DNA of 32,000 nucleotides from Xanthomonas campestris pv. campestris str. ATCC 33913 (GTDB lineage: Bacteria > Pseudomonadota > Gammaproteobacteria > Xanthomonadales > Xanthomonadaceae): the NCBI RefSeq assembly GCF_000007145.1, contig NC_003902.1:4701425-4733424 (forward strand), in the 5' to 3' direction. The notes below the pieces were generated by a model. That model made no database searches. It was given only the letters and a program-made list of their open reading frames with translations, and was not told the DNA's origin. The translations under genes and the position numbers were made by a program. This document shows positions 31,988 to 32,000 of the stretch, one piece after another; position 1 is the stretch's first letter; each line of letters begins with the position of its first letter.

Positions 31988-32000
31988 CCCCCCCCCCCCC
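31988..32000. repeat. Poly-C homopolymer tract, at least 13 nt, truncated by the window end
   Basis: The tract is read directly from the sequence; positions 31988-32000 are all C. Confidence 0.7.

Noticed and set aside
1-32000. Search for tRNA, rRNA, tmRNA, RNase P RNA, CRISPR arrays, IS elements, integrases or prophage genes
   Set aside because: I saw no regularly spaced direct repeats and no conserved cores (for example GGTTCGAATCC-type T-arms or GAGGAAAGTCCGGGC). I saw no transposase- or integrase-like ORFs on either strand.

Overview
High-G+C chromosomal segment that looks like Xanthomonas or a close Xanthomonadaceae relative, judging by composition, gene content and three families of intergenic palindromic repeats. 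I support 24 protein-coding genes, tightly packed and mostly housekeeping. In window order they are: a tryptophan-halogenase-like fragment; a TonB-C-domain lipoprotein; a co-directional minus-strand cluster of membrane protein, 66-aa XRE regulator, S33 alpha/beta-hydrolase lipoprotein and NatA/NatB-like ABC-2 exporter; a divergent RcnR/DmeR-like repressor and His-rich CDF exporter with G/C-tract operators; a GH39 xylosidase-like enzyme; an FNR-type reductase; a YadG/YadH-like ABC exporter; a DUF3800 gene; panE; a small membrane protein; a YciA-like thioesterase; a minus-strand class I ribonucleotide reductase cluster (nrdA, nrdB, flavodoxin, CPGC thioredoxin); a DUF475/TerC-family protein; a Pat-type acetyltransferase; a secreted hypothetical; mgtE; an alpha-carbonic anhydrase; and a KefB/KefC-type antiporter. 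I found no rRNA, tRNA, CRISPR array, transposase or integrase. Leads worth follow-up: (1) the A/T-richer DUF3800 gene wedged between yadH and panE with a TGATG stop/start overlap, a candidate acquired stand-alone system; (2) the RNR cluster with a linked flavodoxin and atypical thioredoxin, a KEAG-type degenerate ATP-cone and a low-complexity NrdA N-terminus; (3) a 660-bp gene-free region with two diverged, oppositely oriented copies of a roughly 100-nt extended hairpin; (4) a GH39 enzyme whose clan GH-A acid/base Glu reads Val. All product calls rest on motif recognition by eye. No database search was run.
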